From contig JAYZAL010000068.1 of the NCBI GenBank assembly GCA_036339735.1, positions 1 to 30,344 of the forward strand: a stretch of 30,344 bases of DNA, in the 5' to 3' direction. This document shows, one piece after another, positions 17,456-26,865 of the stretch. This DNA comes from Candidatus Poribacteria bacterium. GTDB taxonomy: Bacteria; Poribacteria; WGA-4E; UBA9662. The notes beneath the pieces are model-generated. The model did no database searches and was not told where the DNA came from. It saw only the letters and a program-made list of their open reading frames with translations. A program made the position numbers and the translations under genes. Within the stretch, counting starts at the first letter, position 1; each line of letters opens with the position of its first letter.

Positions 17456-19624
17456 ATGTCAAAATCACTACTTAATGGGTTAGCTGGGATCCGTGCCCAT
17501 CAGACCCAAATGGATGTGATTGGTAATAATATCGCCAACCTTAATACTGTTGGTTACAAAACCTCTCGTGCTACTTTTCAAGAAACTTTGAACCAAACCA
17601 TCGCTCCAGCTCAACCTCCAAGTGGAGGTATGGGTGGAGTTAACCCTAGTCAAATTGGTTTGGGTACTACCATTGGGGCAGTGAAGTCGATTTTTACCCA
17701 AGGCAATTTGCAAGAAACAGGTAGTACAACAGATTTGGCTATTTTAGGGAACGGTTTCTTTGTTGTCAATAATGGGGACGACAATTTCTATTCTCGAAAT
17801 GGAAACTTCCATTTCGACGGAAATGGAATGATCGTTAACAATCAGGGAATGTCAGTTATGGGTAAACAGTATGATGCACGTGGTGCTGTATCCGGAGGTA
17901 TTGGCCCTCTGGAAATTCCTGCTGATAAAAAGATTCCAGCCCAAGATACAACTAAAGTGGACTTTAGTGGTAATCTCAGTTCTGAAGTTAGTGTTAAAGG
18001 TACAATTACAAAAACTAAGCCTTTTATGGCTACGGCTGACCCTAGTGAGGATTTCAGTGGTTTATATGCTAATGGAACAGCCGAAACTTTTCTCAACTTA
18101 ACCAGAGGAATGGATACTTTAACTATAGGTTTTGAAGATACAGTTGCAGGCACAGCGCCTGTTCAACAAACTTTCACCTATGGTATTGATTTCACTACAG
18201 TTCAAGATTTAGTAAATGTGGTTAATGACCCAGCTAACGGATTCAACACTTTTTTCACAGCTTTAGATCCTCCTCCAGCAGAAGGTCAAGTCCGATTCGC
18301 AGCAGCCGCGAATGGGGTTAGGTTAACTATGATTAGTGATACTAGTAGTGCACTTAACCAAGCTTTTGGAAATGTGGACGGACGAGTGCTAATTACTGCT
18401 GGAGATACTGTAGATTCAGACGAATTTGCACATATTGCTAAAGACACCGACAAGCTCGTCAAACTACGCAATGCACAAGGAAATCGATTGGACTTGCAGG
18501 CTAATGATCTAATCTTACTGAAATCGGCTACTATCGGCGGTAATGAACTGAATGCCAGTCAAGTATCAGTTTTACAAACTGAAGGAGCTACTCCAGCCGA
18601 TATACCTATTACTGACGATACTACGCTTCAGGAATTACGAACTGGTTTACAAAAGGCACTTTTTCAAAGAGTACGAAAAAATCCGGATGGAACCAACGTT
18701 GATGCCGCAGAAAAAGATCCAACAACCCAGTTGTATACGGCAGAGCCGGAAGAAATTGTCTCTATTGAGGCCGACGGATCAATTAAAATCAATGGTGGTT
18801 TAGGTTTGGATCGTGAACTAGAAAAGATCCAGATAGGAGCGGCCGATGGAACAGGAGTAGAACGCTCCAAATTTGGTAGTAGCTTTAGTTTTTTTGACAC
18901 TCAGAAAGCTGAAGACGTAACACACATTATGTCTACTACAGTTTTTGATAATATGGGTCAAGCACATGACTTAAACCTCAATTTCAAGAAAACACGGGAA
19001 GCCGGTAAATGGAGCTGGGATGTAACTTTATCAGGCAATGAGAAGATCAAGAGTGGTGGATCCGGAACTATTCGTTTTAATTCTGATGGTTCATTACAAG
19101 CCTTTGAATATGAACAAGGAGCAACTGCTCTGAGTTTTGACCCGGGTAATAACGCCGATTTTGTTGAGATCGAAATTGGGGTCGGATTAGAACAATCTTT
19201 TAACGGGATAACCCACTTCGCCTCGGCTTCGACGACCACATCAGTCGAACCTGATGGCTATCCGCCAGGAAGTATCGAGACCATTGATATTGATGATGTA
19301 GGTCTGGTTTCAGCTAACTTTGACAATGGTGAGCGTCGTCCAATGGCTCAGTTAGTTTTAGCTCAATTTAATAACCCGGCTGGTTTACTGAAAGTACAGG
19401 ACAGTATGTATTCCGAGTCGGTTAACTCTGGCGGGGCTATCGTTGGGGAACCAGGCATTACTGTTCAGGCTAAATTGGTCTCCAAAAAACTAGAACAATC
19501 TAACGTCGATATTGCGGAAGAGTTTGCCAGACTGATTATGGCTCAACGTGGATTACAAGCTAACTCTCGGGTAATTACTACTTCCGACGATATTATGAAT
19601 GAACTCATTAATTTGAAACGGTAA
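17456..19624 (+). CDS. flgE: Flagellar hook protein FlgE (large form)
   Basis: MDVIGNNIANLNTVGYK, FTQGNLQETG, DLAILGNGFF, YSRNGNF, LEQSNVDIAEEF, AQRGLQANSRVITTSD; AGGAG RBS. Confidence 0.97.
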   Translation: MSKSLLNGLAGIRAHQTQMDVIGNNIANLNTVGYKTSRATFQETLNQTIAPAQPPSGGMGGVNPSQIGLGTTIGAVKSIFTQGNLQETGSTTDLAILGNGFFVVNNGDDNFYSRNGNFHFDGNGMIVNNQGMSVMGKQYDARGAVSGGIGPLEIPADKKIPAQDTTKVDFSGNLSSEVSVKGTITKTKPFMATADPSEDFSGLYANGTAETFLNLTRGMDTLTIGFEDTVAGTAPVQQTFTYGIDFTTVQDLVNVVNDPANGFNTFFTALDPPPAEGQVRFAAAANGVRLTMISDTSSALNQAFGNVDGRVLITAGDTVDSDEFAHIAKDTDKLVKLRNAQGNRLDLQANDLILLKSATIGGNELNASQVSVLQTEGATPADIPITDDTTLQELRTGLQKALFQRVRKNPDGTNVDAAEKDPTTQLYTAEPEEIVSIEADGSIKINGGLGLDRELEKIQIGAADGTGVERSKFGSSFSFFDTQKAEDVTHIMSTTVFDNMGQAHDLNLNFKKTREAGKWSWDVTLSGNEKIKSGGSGTIRFNSDGSLQAFEYEQGATALSFDPGNNADFVEIEIGVGLEQSFNGITHFASASTTTSVEPDGYPPGSIETIDIDDVGLVSANFDNGERRPMAQLVLAQFNNPAGLLKVQDSMYSESVNSGGAIVGEPGITVQAKLVSKKLEQSNVDIAEEFARLIMAQRGLQANSRVITTSDDIMNELINLKR

Positions 19625-19736
19625 TCAGTTTTAATTGATCTATTACTATCAAATTAGCTAAAAAGACGGGCTCTCAATATTGGTCTTTTCAGCGTTTGAG
19701 TTAGTAGTGGATAGTTCAGTCAAGTGAGATAATTTT

Positions 19737-20543
19737 ATGGATCTAGCAAGTGTAATTGGAATACTGTTAATTCTCATATCGTTGGGTTTAACGATAGTCA
19801 ACTCCTTCTTTGTTAAATGGTCGCCTCTACTTGTTAAAGGGATCGTTGACCCTGCTAGTGTGGTTTGCGTAATAGGTGGTATGGCAGGGGCAACCTTAAT
19901 TACTTTTTCGATGGCAAATATGAGTAATTTTGGCAAGATTTTTGGGCAATTGTTAAAGCCTCAAATGGAATCAGAGCAATCAATCGAAATGATGAAGAAA
20001 CTAATGGAGATTGGGCTAGAGGCTCGTAGAGGTGGAATTCTTTCGGTTGAACCGCTAGTTGCCCAATTAGATGATCCATTTCTGCGAAAATCCCTACAAC
20101 TAGCAGTTGATGGACGAGATGCAGATGATATACGTGAAACACTAGAAGGTGAGTTAACATTTATGTCTGGCAGACACGAGACAGGAGCCTCGATGTTTGA
20201 CACCATGAATAAATATTGCCCCGCATTTGGAATGATCGGAACACTGCTAGGCTTAATTGCTATGCTTGGTAGCATGGGGGGGGCTGGAATGGATATTGGT
20301 GCATTGACTGGAGGAATGGCAACTGCTCTGATTACTACACTTTATGGCTCTATTTTTGCTAATTGTATCTTTGCACCAGTTTGTGACAATCTGAAGTCAA
20401 AATCCAAAGCCGAAGCAATCTATCGTGGAGTTGCTATCGAAGGCGTAGTAATGATTGCATCAAACACTGCACCACCACAAATGCGTGCTCGCTTCCAGTC
20501 TTTCTTAGCGCCAAAAGACCAAGATTTGTTAGAAGCCGCCTAA
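19737..20543 (+). CDS. motA: Flagellar stator A subunit (MotA/PomA family)
   Basis: MDLAS start, ARRGGILSVE, DPFLRKSLQLAVDG, PAFGMIGTLLGLI, ALITTLYG. Confidence 0.95.
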   Translation: MDLASVIGILLILISLGLTIVNSFFVKWSPLLVKGIVDPASVVCVIGGMAGATLITFSMANMSNFGKIFGQLLKPQMESEQSIEMMKKLMEIGLEARRGGILSVEPLVAQLDDPFLRKSLQLAVDGRDADDIRETLEGELTFMSGRHETGASMFDTMNKYCPAFGMIGTLLGLIAMLGSMGGAGMDIGALTGGMATALITTLYGSIFANCIFAPVCDNLKSKSKAEAIYRGVAIEGVVMIASNTAPPQMRARFQSFLAPKDQDLLEAA

Positions 20544-20552
20544 GGAGTTGCA

Positions 20553-21302
20553 ATGGGTGAACTAAGATGTAGCAAATGTAATACAAAGAATGAGTATCCG
20601 GATGGTGCGCCAGAATGGATGACAACTTATTCAGATATGGTCACTTTGCTCCTAACTTTCTTTGTTTTAATGTTAGCTATGGCTACCTTTGATCCGATTA
20701 AGTACACGTCAGTTTCTGAGGCTTTTCAACAATCTTTTGGTATGATGCCGTCCTTCGATAGTCCAATTAAAAGACGGCGTCAAATAGAACCACTAAGGGA
20801 GAAGTTCAATACTGAAGAAGAGCGGATGCGAGGTATTGGCTACCGTATGAAAAAATCGTTTCCCAAAGATATGATAGACGCCGATATTACTAAAGAAGGT
20901 TTACGCCTGACAATACAAAATTCGCCAGCTATTCAATTTGACTCAGGCGGGGCGGAACTAAGTCCTGGTATGGAAGAACTACTTCTTGAGTTAGCGAAAG
21001 AGCTCAAAGATGTAGATGGTAACCGAATCTTCATAGCTGGACATACAGACCAAAATCAAGTTGTAGGTGGAGAATATAAAGATAATTGGGAATTGTCTTA
21101 TGCTAGGGCCAGAGCGGTTCAAGATTTCTTGACATCAGTTGGTCCACCGAACGGAGTACCTTACGTTAAAGAAAATAAGACTGCTCTCAAGGCCTATGCA
21201 GATACTAAACCTTTACCCTCTGCTAAGGACGATAAAGAAAACAGGAGGATTGAAATTTTCATTCAGCGAAGTAATGAAAAACCAAAAAGTGTATCGGATT
21301 AA
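20553..21302 (+). CDS. motB: Flagellar stator B subunit (MotB/PomB family)
   Basis: WMTTYSDMVTLLLTFFVLM TM with the essential Asp; OmpA-like domain GHTD, NWELSYARA, NRRIEI. Confidence 0.95.
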   Translation: MGELRCSKCNTKNEYPDGAPEWMTTYSDMVTLLLTFFVLMLAMATFDPIKYTSVSEAFQQSFGMMPSFDSPIKRRRQIEPLREKFNTEEERMRGIGYRMKKSFPKDMIDADITKEGLRLTIQNSPAIQFDSGGAELSPGMEELLLELAKELKDVDGNRIFIAGHTDQNQVVGGEYKDNWELSYARARAVQDFLTSVGPPNGVPYVKENKTALKAYADTKPLPSAKDDKENRRIEIFIQRSNEKPKSVSD

Positions 21303-21340
21303 GAAGATTTTTTCCTCAATTGAATAATTATATTCTATTC

Positions 21341-21369
21341 TTGTGGTGTACATTAGTCTGCGTTATAAT
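21341..21369 (+). promoter_or_regulatory. Candidate internal sigma70-type promoter upstream of fliL1
   Basis: TTGTGG-N17-TATAAT in the motB-fliL1 intergenic gap. Confidence 0.4.
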
Positions 21370-21378
21370 TGGTGATGG

Positions 21379-21984
21379 GTGAAAACTGTTATGGCGGAAA
21401 ATGAAGGTTCAGAACATTCAAACAGAGAAAAAGTCAAAGTCGACCCGGCTATAGCGTTTTTCCCCTTGATATTGATAGCTTCAACGGCTGTTGCAGTTGT
21501 AATTCCATTAATCTATTCGTCGTCTTCCAAGCCTGAAAAAGCCCCTGCTTTTTCCTCCGTTGAAAAAAAAGCATCTGTTGTGACTATTGATGGGACAGAC
21601 ATAGGTGAATTATTTGATAAAAATAAGCCTTTAAGGTTTAACACAAGAGATAATGAAGCATTGCCAAAGCAATTTGGTGTAGATCTTGAAATCAAAAAGC
21701 TCACAGAAAAAGAAGGCGAAACCTGGAAAATGATACAAGAAAATGCAACTTGGAAAATAGTTCAGATTAAAATTAAAGAGATTTGCTTTTTGGTTTTGTC
21801 TAATCAGTCTAATAATGATTTGAAACATGCAGAAAACCTTGCAGGATATGGACGTAAAATTCTGAGCCGAATGAAGTATGAAATCTTTTCTATGTCTGAA
21901 TATGCAGAGTTCGATGATTTCGTTGTTGGGGTTAATATCAGAAATCTTTATCAATACAAGGTTCCTGGTACGGAGGGAAAATGA
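21379..21984 (+). CDS. Divergent FliL-like protein 1 (start may be ATG 21391)
   Basis: Single N-terminal TM; C-terminal KIKEICFLVLSNQSNNDL...VVGVNI pattern resembling FliL; position between motB and fliM. Confidence 0.6.
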   Translation: MKTVMAENEGSEHSNREKVKVDPAIAFFPLILIASTAVAVVIPLIYSSSSKPEKAPAFSSVEKKASVVTIDGTDIGELFDKNKPLRFNTRDNEALPKQFGVDLEIKKLTEKEGETWKMIQENATWKIVQIKIKEICFLVLSNQSNNDLKHAENLAGYGRKILSRMKYEIFSMSEYAEFDDFVVGVNIRNLYQYKVPGTEGK

Positions 21985-22201
21985 TGAGGAAATTGGAAGA
22001 AATTAGATTTTACACCTTTCAGACAAGAGACTGACTCCGAACTCATCAGTAAAATCGATGAGAAACAGGTCTGCGGATCTTTGTTGGTTTGATTATCTGC
22101 GTTTGACTCATTCATTTCCCATAATGAGATTGATTAAATAGGAACTAGTAATGGTCATCTATTCCTTACAATTCCATATAACATCTAGTTGGACTTAACC
22201 T

Positions 22202-22906
22202 ATGGCTGAAAATATCGAATCAACTAATGACGAATCAACTAATGACGAATCAACTAATGACGAAATAGGGGACGTCTCAGAAGAAAATGCTGATGATCAA
22301 AAGGTTCAGGCTGAGAAACGTAGCGTCCTTTTTGTAGTATATCCTGTACTGCTGGTCTTAGTAGCTGGAGTTGCGGTATTGGGGACTATGTTGTTTTATG
22401 GACGAGAGTCTAGTACCCAGCAAGAAATCACCCAAACTCAATTTAAAGGAGATGTTTTCGGCTACAAAGTCAACCCGGATTCACGTCGCATTTTTATTCC
22501 TCCAATCACTAATCCTGAGCTCGTGTCCGTTCAGCCAAAAAACGATTACACAAGATTGGCTATGGTTCGGTTACAATTAATCGTCAATTCGAAAGTTATG
22601 CAACGGTGGAACGGACTCCTACCGGAGGTCCAAGATATTCTGAGAGGTAATATTCGTGAGCAAATCAATCTAGTTCTAGGAGAAAAAACTACTGCTCAAC
22701 TGCAAAGCTACGACAAAGACAAGCGGGACCAATACGCCAGAGAACTTCGGAATTACATTAACATGTACGTCTTTAACCAATTTTCCGGATCAGAAAATGG
22801 AAAGAAAATTAAAAAAGGCCAGCCAAAAAAAAGCTTTAAAACCCATTTTCCTAAAGACCCGATCGAAAAAGTAATATTCTATGAAATGCTGGTAGTTACT
22901 AATTAG
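22202..22906 (+). CDS. fliL: FliL-like protein 2
   Basis: Acidic N-terminus, single TM, NIREQINLVLGEKTTAQL...ELRNYIN...IEKVIFYEMLV matching the FliL C-terminal pattern; directly upstream of fliM. Confidence 0.7.
   Translation: MAENIESTNDESTNDESTNDEIGDVSEENADDQKVQAEKRSVLFVVYPVLLVLVAGVAVLGTMLFYGRESSTQQEITQTQFKGDVFGYKVNPDSRRIFIPPITNPELVSVQPKNDYTRLAMVRLQLIVNSKVMQRWNGLLPEVQDILRGNIREQINLVLGEKTTAQLQSYDKDKRDQYARELRNYINMYVFNQFSGSENGKKIKKGQPKKSFKTHFPKDPIEKVIFYEMLVVTN
22216..22264 (+). repeat. In-frame perfect 15-bp tandem repeat (about 3.3 copies, encoding ESTND x3)
   Basis: (cgaatcaactaatga)x3 + cgaa. Confidence 0.95.
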
Positions 22907-22935
22907 TCATAAAATTACTTCTTTACAGGCAAACA

Positions 22936-24009
22936 ATGACAGATGATACTACTTTATCACAAGACGAAATAAACGATTTAATTTCAGGTGGTAGTCCAGT
23001 TGACGATTTAGAGAGTGGCACTGATGGGTCCAGTCTGCTTGATAGCCTAACGGGTAAATCCTCACGAGACAGTGCCCCTAACAAAAAAAAATATGAACCC
23101 ATTAGGCTTGGTGAAAAAAGAGGATATACCTCCAGAAATTATGATAAAACTGTTATCGCACTTCACCAGCAGATGGCTCGATCTTTAGGTACGTCTTTGT
23201 CCGGTATGCTCGGAGCATTGATCGATGTCGAGCATGCATCTATTGATGCACTCAGCTATGGCGATTATATTATGTCTTTGCCTGAAATATCCTGTTTGGG
23301 ACGAATCAAGCTGCCCGGAGCTACAGGTAACATCGTGGTTGAAGTAGATTTAGAACTAGTATTCCCGGTGGTGGAAAGACTTTTAGGTGCACGAGGATTA
23401 ACATCCATAGATGATACGCGCCGGTTAACAGAAATCGAACTAAAAATTATTGAACGCTTATTCGAAGAGATCTTGGTTAGTATGAATTCGACTTGGCGAC
23501 AACTCAGGCCAGATGTTAAATTTGTTCTAGAAGCAGTTGATACTGATACTGAGTCAATTCAGGGAGGAACAATAGCCGACCAAATGACCTATGTCGTTAT
23601 CAGTGTTAAGTTTGCTGATGTACAAGGAAAGATCAGTATTTGCTATTCGTCTAGTGTAATTGAACCAATCTTGTCAGAAAATGAATTAGAGGAACTTAGT
23701 AATTCAAGCATGTCCGTTGAACTAGAGCAACAGGAAAGAGCTTCTCAAAAATCACATGTGAAAGAAGGTGCTAGCAAAACAAACGTTTGGGTTCGGGCTG
23801 TCTTGCCAAAAACTAGCTTACCCATGCGCGACTTAAGCCAACTAAAGATTGGGAGTATGATTGAACTCGATACTCAAGTCCGAAACAATCAGATAATAGA
23901 CCCAGTTATCGTGGAAGTCGAAAAACAACCCCGATTTTACGGCCGCCTTGGTCGATATGAAAAAAATAGGGCTGTCAAAATTACCAGTCTGTATGAAGAA
24001 GACCTGTAG
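22936..24009 (+). CDS. fliM: Flagellar motor switch protein FliM
   Basis: LSQDEINDLI CheY-binding motif, SYGDYIMSLP, ERLLGARG, RRLTEIE, C-terminal SpoA-like domain. Confidence 0.93.
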   Translation: MTDDTTLSQDEINDLISGGSPVDDLESGTDGSSLLDSLTGKSSRDSAPNKKKYEPIRLGEKRGYTSRNYDKTVIALHQQMARSLGTSLSGMLGALIDVEHASIDALSYGDYIMSLPEISCLGRIKLPGATGNIVVEVDLELVFPVVERLLGARGLTSIDDTRRLTEIELKIIERLFEEILVSMNSTWRQLRPDVKFVLEAVDTDTESIQGGTIADQMTYVVISVKFADVQGKISICYSSSVIEPILSENELEELSNSSMSVELEQQERASQKSHVKEGASKTNVWVRAVLPKTSLPMRDLSQLKIGSMIELDTQVRNNQIIDPVIVEVEKQPRFYGRLGRYEKNRAVKITSLYEEDL

Positions 24010-24027
24010 AAAAAATAGGAGCAGAAA

Positions 24028-24459
24028 GTGGTAGAAATAGACGAGAATACTGTTAGCGAAGATACTCTTTCCGGTGATGATGGACTTGACCTTGATGAAA
24101 ACAGTCCGGAAGAATTAATTGGTGGGATGGATGTTGTAGGTGAAGATTTCACTGTTGAGGAAACCATTGAAGGTACAGCTGCTCTACAAAGTACTCCACA
24201 TGCATTGGAATTGTTACAAGATATCAATTTAGATGTTGTAGTTGAATTAGGACGGACACGAAAACCACTTCGGGATATTCTGGCTTTTACTCCCGGTAAT
24301 GTGATTGAACTCAATAGTATGGTTGGTGATTCTGTCGATGTTTTGATTAATGATCGTTTAATAGCTAAGGGGGAGGTCGTGGCATTTGAGGAGCGGCTGG
24401 GGGTTCGGATTACTAGTATTGTGACACCTGAAGACCTAATCAAAAAAACAATGAAGTGA
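24028..24459 (+). CDS. fliN: Flagellar motor switch protein FliN
   Basis: LLQDINLDVVVELGRT...LIAKGEVV...GVRITSI; GTG start with AGGAG RBS. Confidence 0.95.
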   Translation: MVEIDENTVSEDTLSGDDGLDLDENSPEELIGGMDVVGEDFTVEETIEGTAALQSTPHALELLQDINLDVVVELGRTRKPLRDILAFTPGNVIELNSMVGDSVDVLINDRLIAKGEVVAFEERLGVRITSIVTPEDLIKKTMK

Positions 24460-24465
24460 CTTGGT

Positions 24466-24975
24466 ATGTCATCTACCTTGGTATCGCAATCAAACCGAGT
24501 TTCTTGGTATTACTTTATTTGTGTCGTCTTTTGCTGCTTTTACCCAATAACAGCTACTTGGTCGCAAGCATCAACTTCAGATAACGACTTCACTCCACCT
24601 CCCGGTCAATCCTTAGCATGGATCGGTATTGTCCTGAAAACCACTTTTTGGTTAGTTATTATTATTGTTGCTATTTTTGTGACAATTTTTTTACTCAAAC
24701 GCTTCATTTCACCAACTGCCAATATAAATTCCCTGAGGCCTGTTCGCCTGCTCTTTCAGGAATCGTTACAACCAGGAAAGTCGATTTGCTTGATTCGGGT
24801 CATTGATCAAGTTCACGTAGTTGGTGTCACCAATAGCCAAATCTCATATTTGGCTACGCTAGACGAAGATGAAATCGATCAGATTGATAATTGGTTAAAG
24901 CGGCCAGATTCTATCGGTGGGGACGAAGGGCGTGCGAACAAAATCCAACAGTTTCTAAATCGATTTAGTAACTGA
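24466..24975 (+). CDS. fliO: Flagellar biosynthesis protein FliO
   Basis: TM followed by VRLLFQESLQPGKSICLIRV...VVGVTNSQISYL; between fliN and fliP. Confidence 0.85.
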   Translation: MSSTLVSQSNRVSWYYFICVVFCCFYPITATWSQASTSDNDFTPPPGQSLAWIGIVLKTTFWLVIIIVAIFVTIFLLKRFISPTANINSLRPVRLLFQESLQPGKSICLIRVIDQVHVVGVTNSQISYLATLDEDEIDQIDNWLKRPDSIGGDEGRANKIQQFLNRFSN

Positions 24976-24993
24976 AGTTGGCAAATCTAAATC

Positions 24994-25779
24994 ATGACTA
25001 ACCGTCGTAGAATTTGGTTGTTAGCCTTAGTTAGCATTTTGGGGTTGATCTGTTTTTCTGTGCCAAAGGTTAGCTTGGCGCAAGATTCGTCAGACCCAAT
25101 ACCGCTCCCCCGATTAAATTTCAGTGTTGACCAAAGTACAGACCCCCAAGATCTGAATGTAACTTTGCAGATTTTTTTTCTGCTAACCGTTTTATCTTTG
25201 GCGCCTTCATTCTTAATTCTCACGACTTCCTTCACCCGATTTGTTGTGGTTTTTGCATTCCTACGCCAAGGTCTAGCCATTCCACAAATTCCACCAAACC
25301 AAGTACTAATGGGACTGGCTCTATTTTTAACTTTCTTTGTCATGGCCCCAGTGTGGAAAGAAATAAACAATCAAGCTTTACAGCCCTACTTAGCTGAAGA
25401 GATTACTCAGAGAGAAGCTTTTGATCGAGCAGTTAAGCCAATGCGAAATTTTATGTTTCAACAAACACGAAACACCGACCTCAAATTGATGGCACAATTG
25501 GGAAAAGTTGAACAAATGGCAACTCGTGATGACGTACCACTTCAAGTATTAATTCCCGCGTTCGTAATTAGCGAATTGACCACTGCTTTTACAATAGGCT
25601 TCATTATTTTTATTCCTTTTTTAGTAATCGATATGGTAGTTTCCAGCATCCTAATGGCAATGGGTATGATGATGCTACCTCCTGTAACTATTTCACTTCC
25701 CTTCAAGATCCTATTATTCGTACTCATCGATGGTTGGAATTTACTTACTGTTTCTCTAATTTCTGGGTTTAAATTTTAG
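24994..25779 (+). CDS. fliP: Export gate protein FliP
   Basis: LTVLSLAPS, TSFTR, PPNQVL, LIPAFVISEL, MGMMMLPP, LPFKILLFVLIDGW. Confidence 0.98.
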   Translation: MTNRRRIWLLALVSILGLICFSVPKVSLAQDSSDPIPLPRLNFSVDQSTDPQDLNVTLQIFFLLTVLSLAPSFLILTTSFTRFVVVFAFLRQGLAIPQIPPNQVLMGLALFLTFFVMAPVWKEINNQALQPYLAEEITQREAFDRAVKPMRNFMFQQTRNTDLKLMAQLGKVEQMATRDDVPLQVLIPAFVISELTTAFTIGFIIFIPFLVIDMVVSSILMAMGMMMLPPVTISLPFKILLFVLIDGWNLLTVSLISGFKF

Positions 25780-25784
25780 ACAAA

Positions 25785-26054
25785 ATGAAAGAAGAAGCAG
25801 CAATTTACATTATTAGGCAAGGAATGCAAGTTCTGTTTATTGTAGCAGGACCACCGTTGATTGCCGGACTGGTGATCGGTTTGATTGTTAGTATTTTTCA
25901 AGCAGCAACTCAAATACAAGAAATGACTCTCAGCTTTATCCCAAAACTTATCGCCATTTTTGGGATCATCATTCTGTTATTGCCTACTATGATTCGAGTT
26001 ATGGAAACCTTCGCTCGAGAATTAATTACTAATTATTCTTACTATCTACAGTGA
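25785..26054 (+). CDS. fliQ: Export gate protein FliQ
   Basis: GLIVSIFQAATQIQEMTLSFIPK. Confidence 0.98.
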   Translation: MKEEAAIYIIRQGMQVLFIVAGPPLIAGLVIGLIVSIFQAATQIQEMTLSFIPKLIAIFGIIILLLPTMIRVMETFARELITNYSYYLQ

Positions 26055-26067
26055 CCATTCAATCAGC

Positions 26068-26865
26068 ATGAACGAAGGGTTTTCGCTCTCTCCTGATTAT
26101 TTTGTTCATTTCATGTTGGTTTTCTTTCGCTTGGGAAGCGTCGTCATTTTTGCTCCTTTTTTCAATCATAGTTCTTTTCCAACAATTTTAAGAATTTCTC
26201 TAGCCTTATTACTCAGTTTGGTTATTTTTCCTCTGCAAAATTCGATACTCTTCGTAGCTCCAACCTCAATTTATATTTTCTTTTTAGATATTCTACGTGA
26301 GTTATTAATTGGTTTTACCATCGGTCTTTCAGCCCAATTGATTTTCACTGGTATTCAGTTTGGGGGTGAGTTGATCAGTGTCCAAATGGGGTTAAGCACA
26401 GCAACGCTTCTTGACCCAGGGCAAAATCAACAAACAACGTTGATCTCGCAATTGTATAACCTTTTTGCTCTGGTAATTTTCATTAGTATTGGAGGCCACC
26501 GCCTTTTTGTTCAATCTATGGTCCAAACCTTTGATATGATCCCCCTTGGCGACTTTTACATTAGTGCCAACCTCAATTCACAAATAACAACTATCTTTGG
26601 CCAAATTTACGCCATTGGCTTCCAGATTTCAGCACCTGTTTTTGTGGCTTCTTTTTTGACGACTGTGGCTATGGCTCTTGTAACTCGTGCAATACCACAA
26701 ATCAATGTTTTTGTAATTGCTCCTCCTTTTCAGATAATCATAGGGTTTGCCATGATTATTTTCTCCTTAAGAGCTAGTGTCTTTATGTTTCAATATTTAT
26801 TTGAACAGATGGCAACGAATCTAAACACAGTTATCCAAGAAATTAGCAAGACGAGTCTTGAATAA
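26068..26865 (+). CDS. fliR: Export gate protein FliR
   Basis: Polytopic membrane protein; ELLIG, GELISVQMGL, RAIPQINVF. Confidence 0.96.
   Translation: MNEGFSLSPDYFVHFMLVFFRLGSVVIFAPFFNHSSFPTILRISLALLLSLVIFPLQNSILFVAPTSIYIFFLDILRELLIGFTIGLSAQLIFTGIQFGGELISVQMGLSTATLLDPGQNQQTTLISQLYNLFALVIFISIGGHRLFVQSMVQTFDMIPLGDFYISANLNSQITTIFGQIYAIGFQISAPVFVASFLTTVAMALVTRAIPQINVFVIAPPFQIIIGFAMIIFSLRASVFMFQYLFEQMATNLNTVIQEISKTSLE

Noticed and set aside
19654-19693. Weak stem (AAAAGAC/GTCTTTT) after flgE as a terminator
   Set aside because: Short AU-rich stem with a large loop and no following U-tract; insufficient support
20568-20580. CxxC at the MotB N-terminus as a redox or metal switch
   Set aside because: Cys-containing N-termini before the P..W motif occur in other MotB/PomB proteins, so this is not distinctive
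4623-26865. Non-flagellar type III secretion system
   Set aside because: Rod, hook, hook cap, stator and FliG/FliM genes establish a flagellar system
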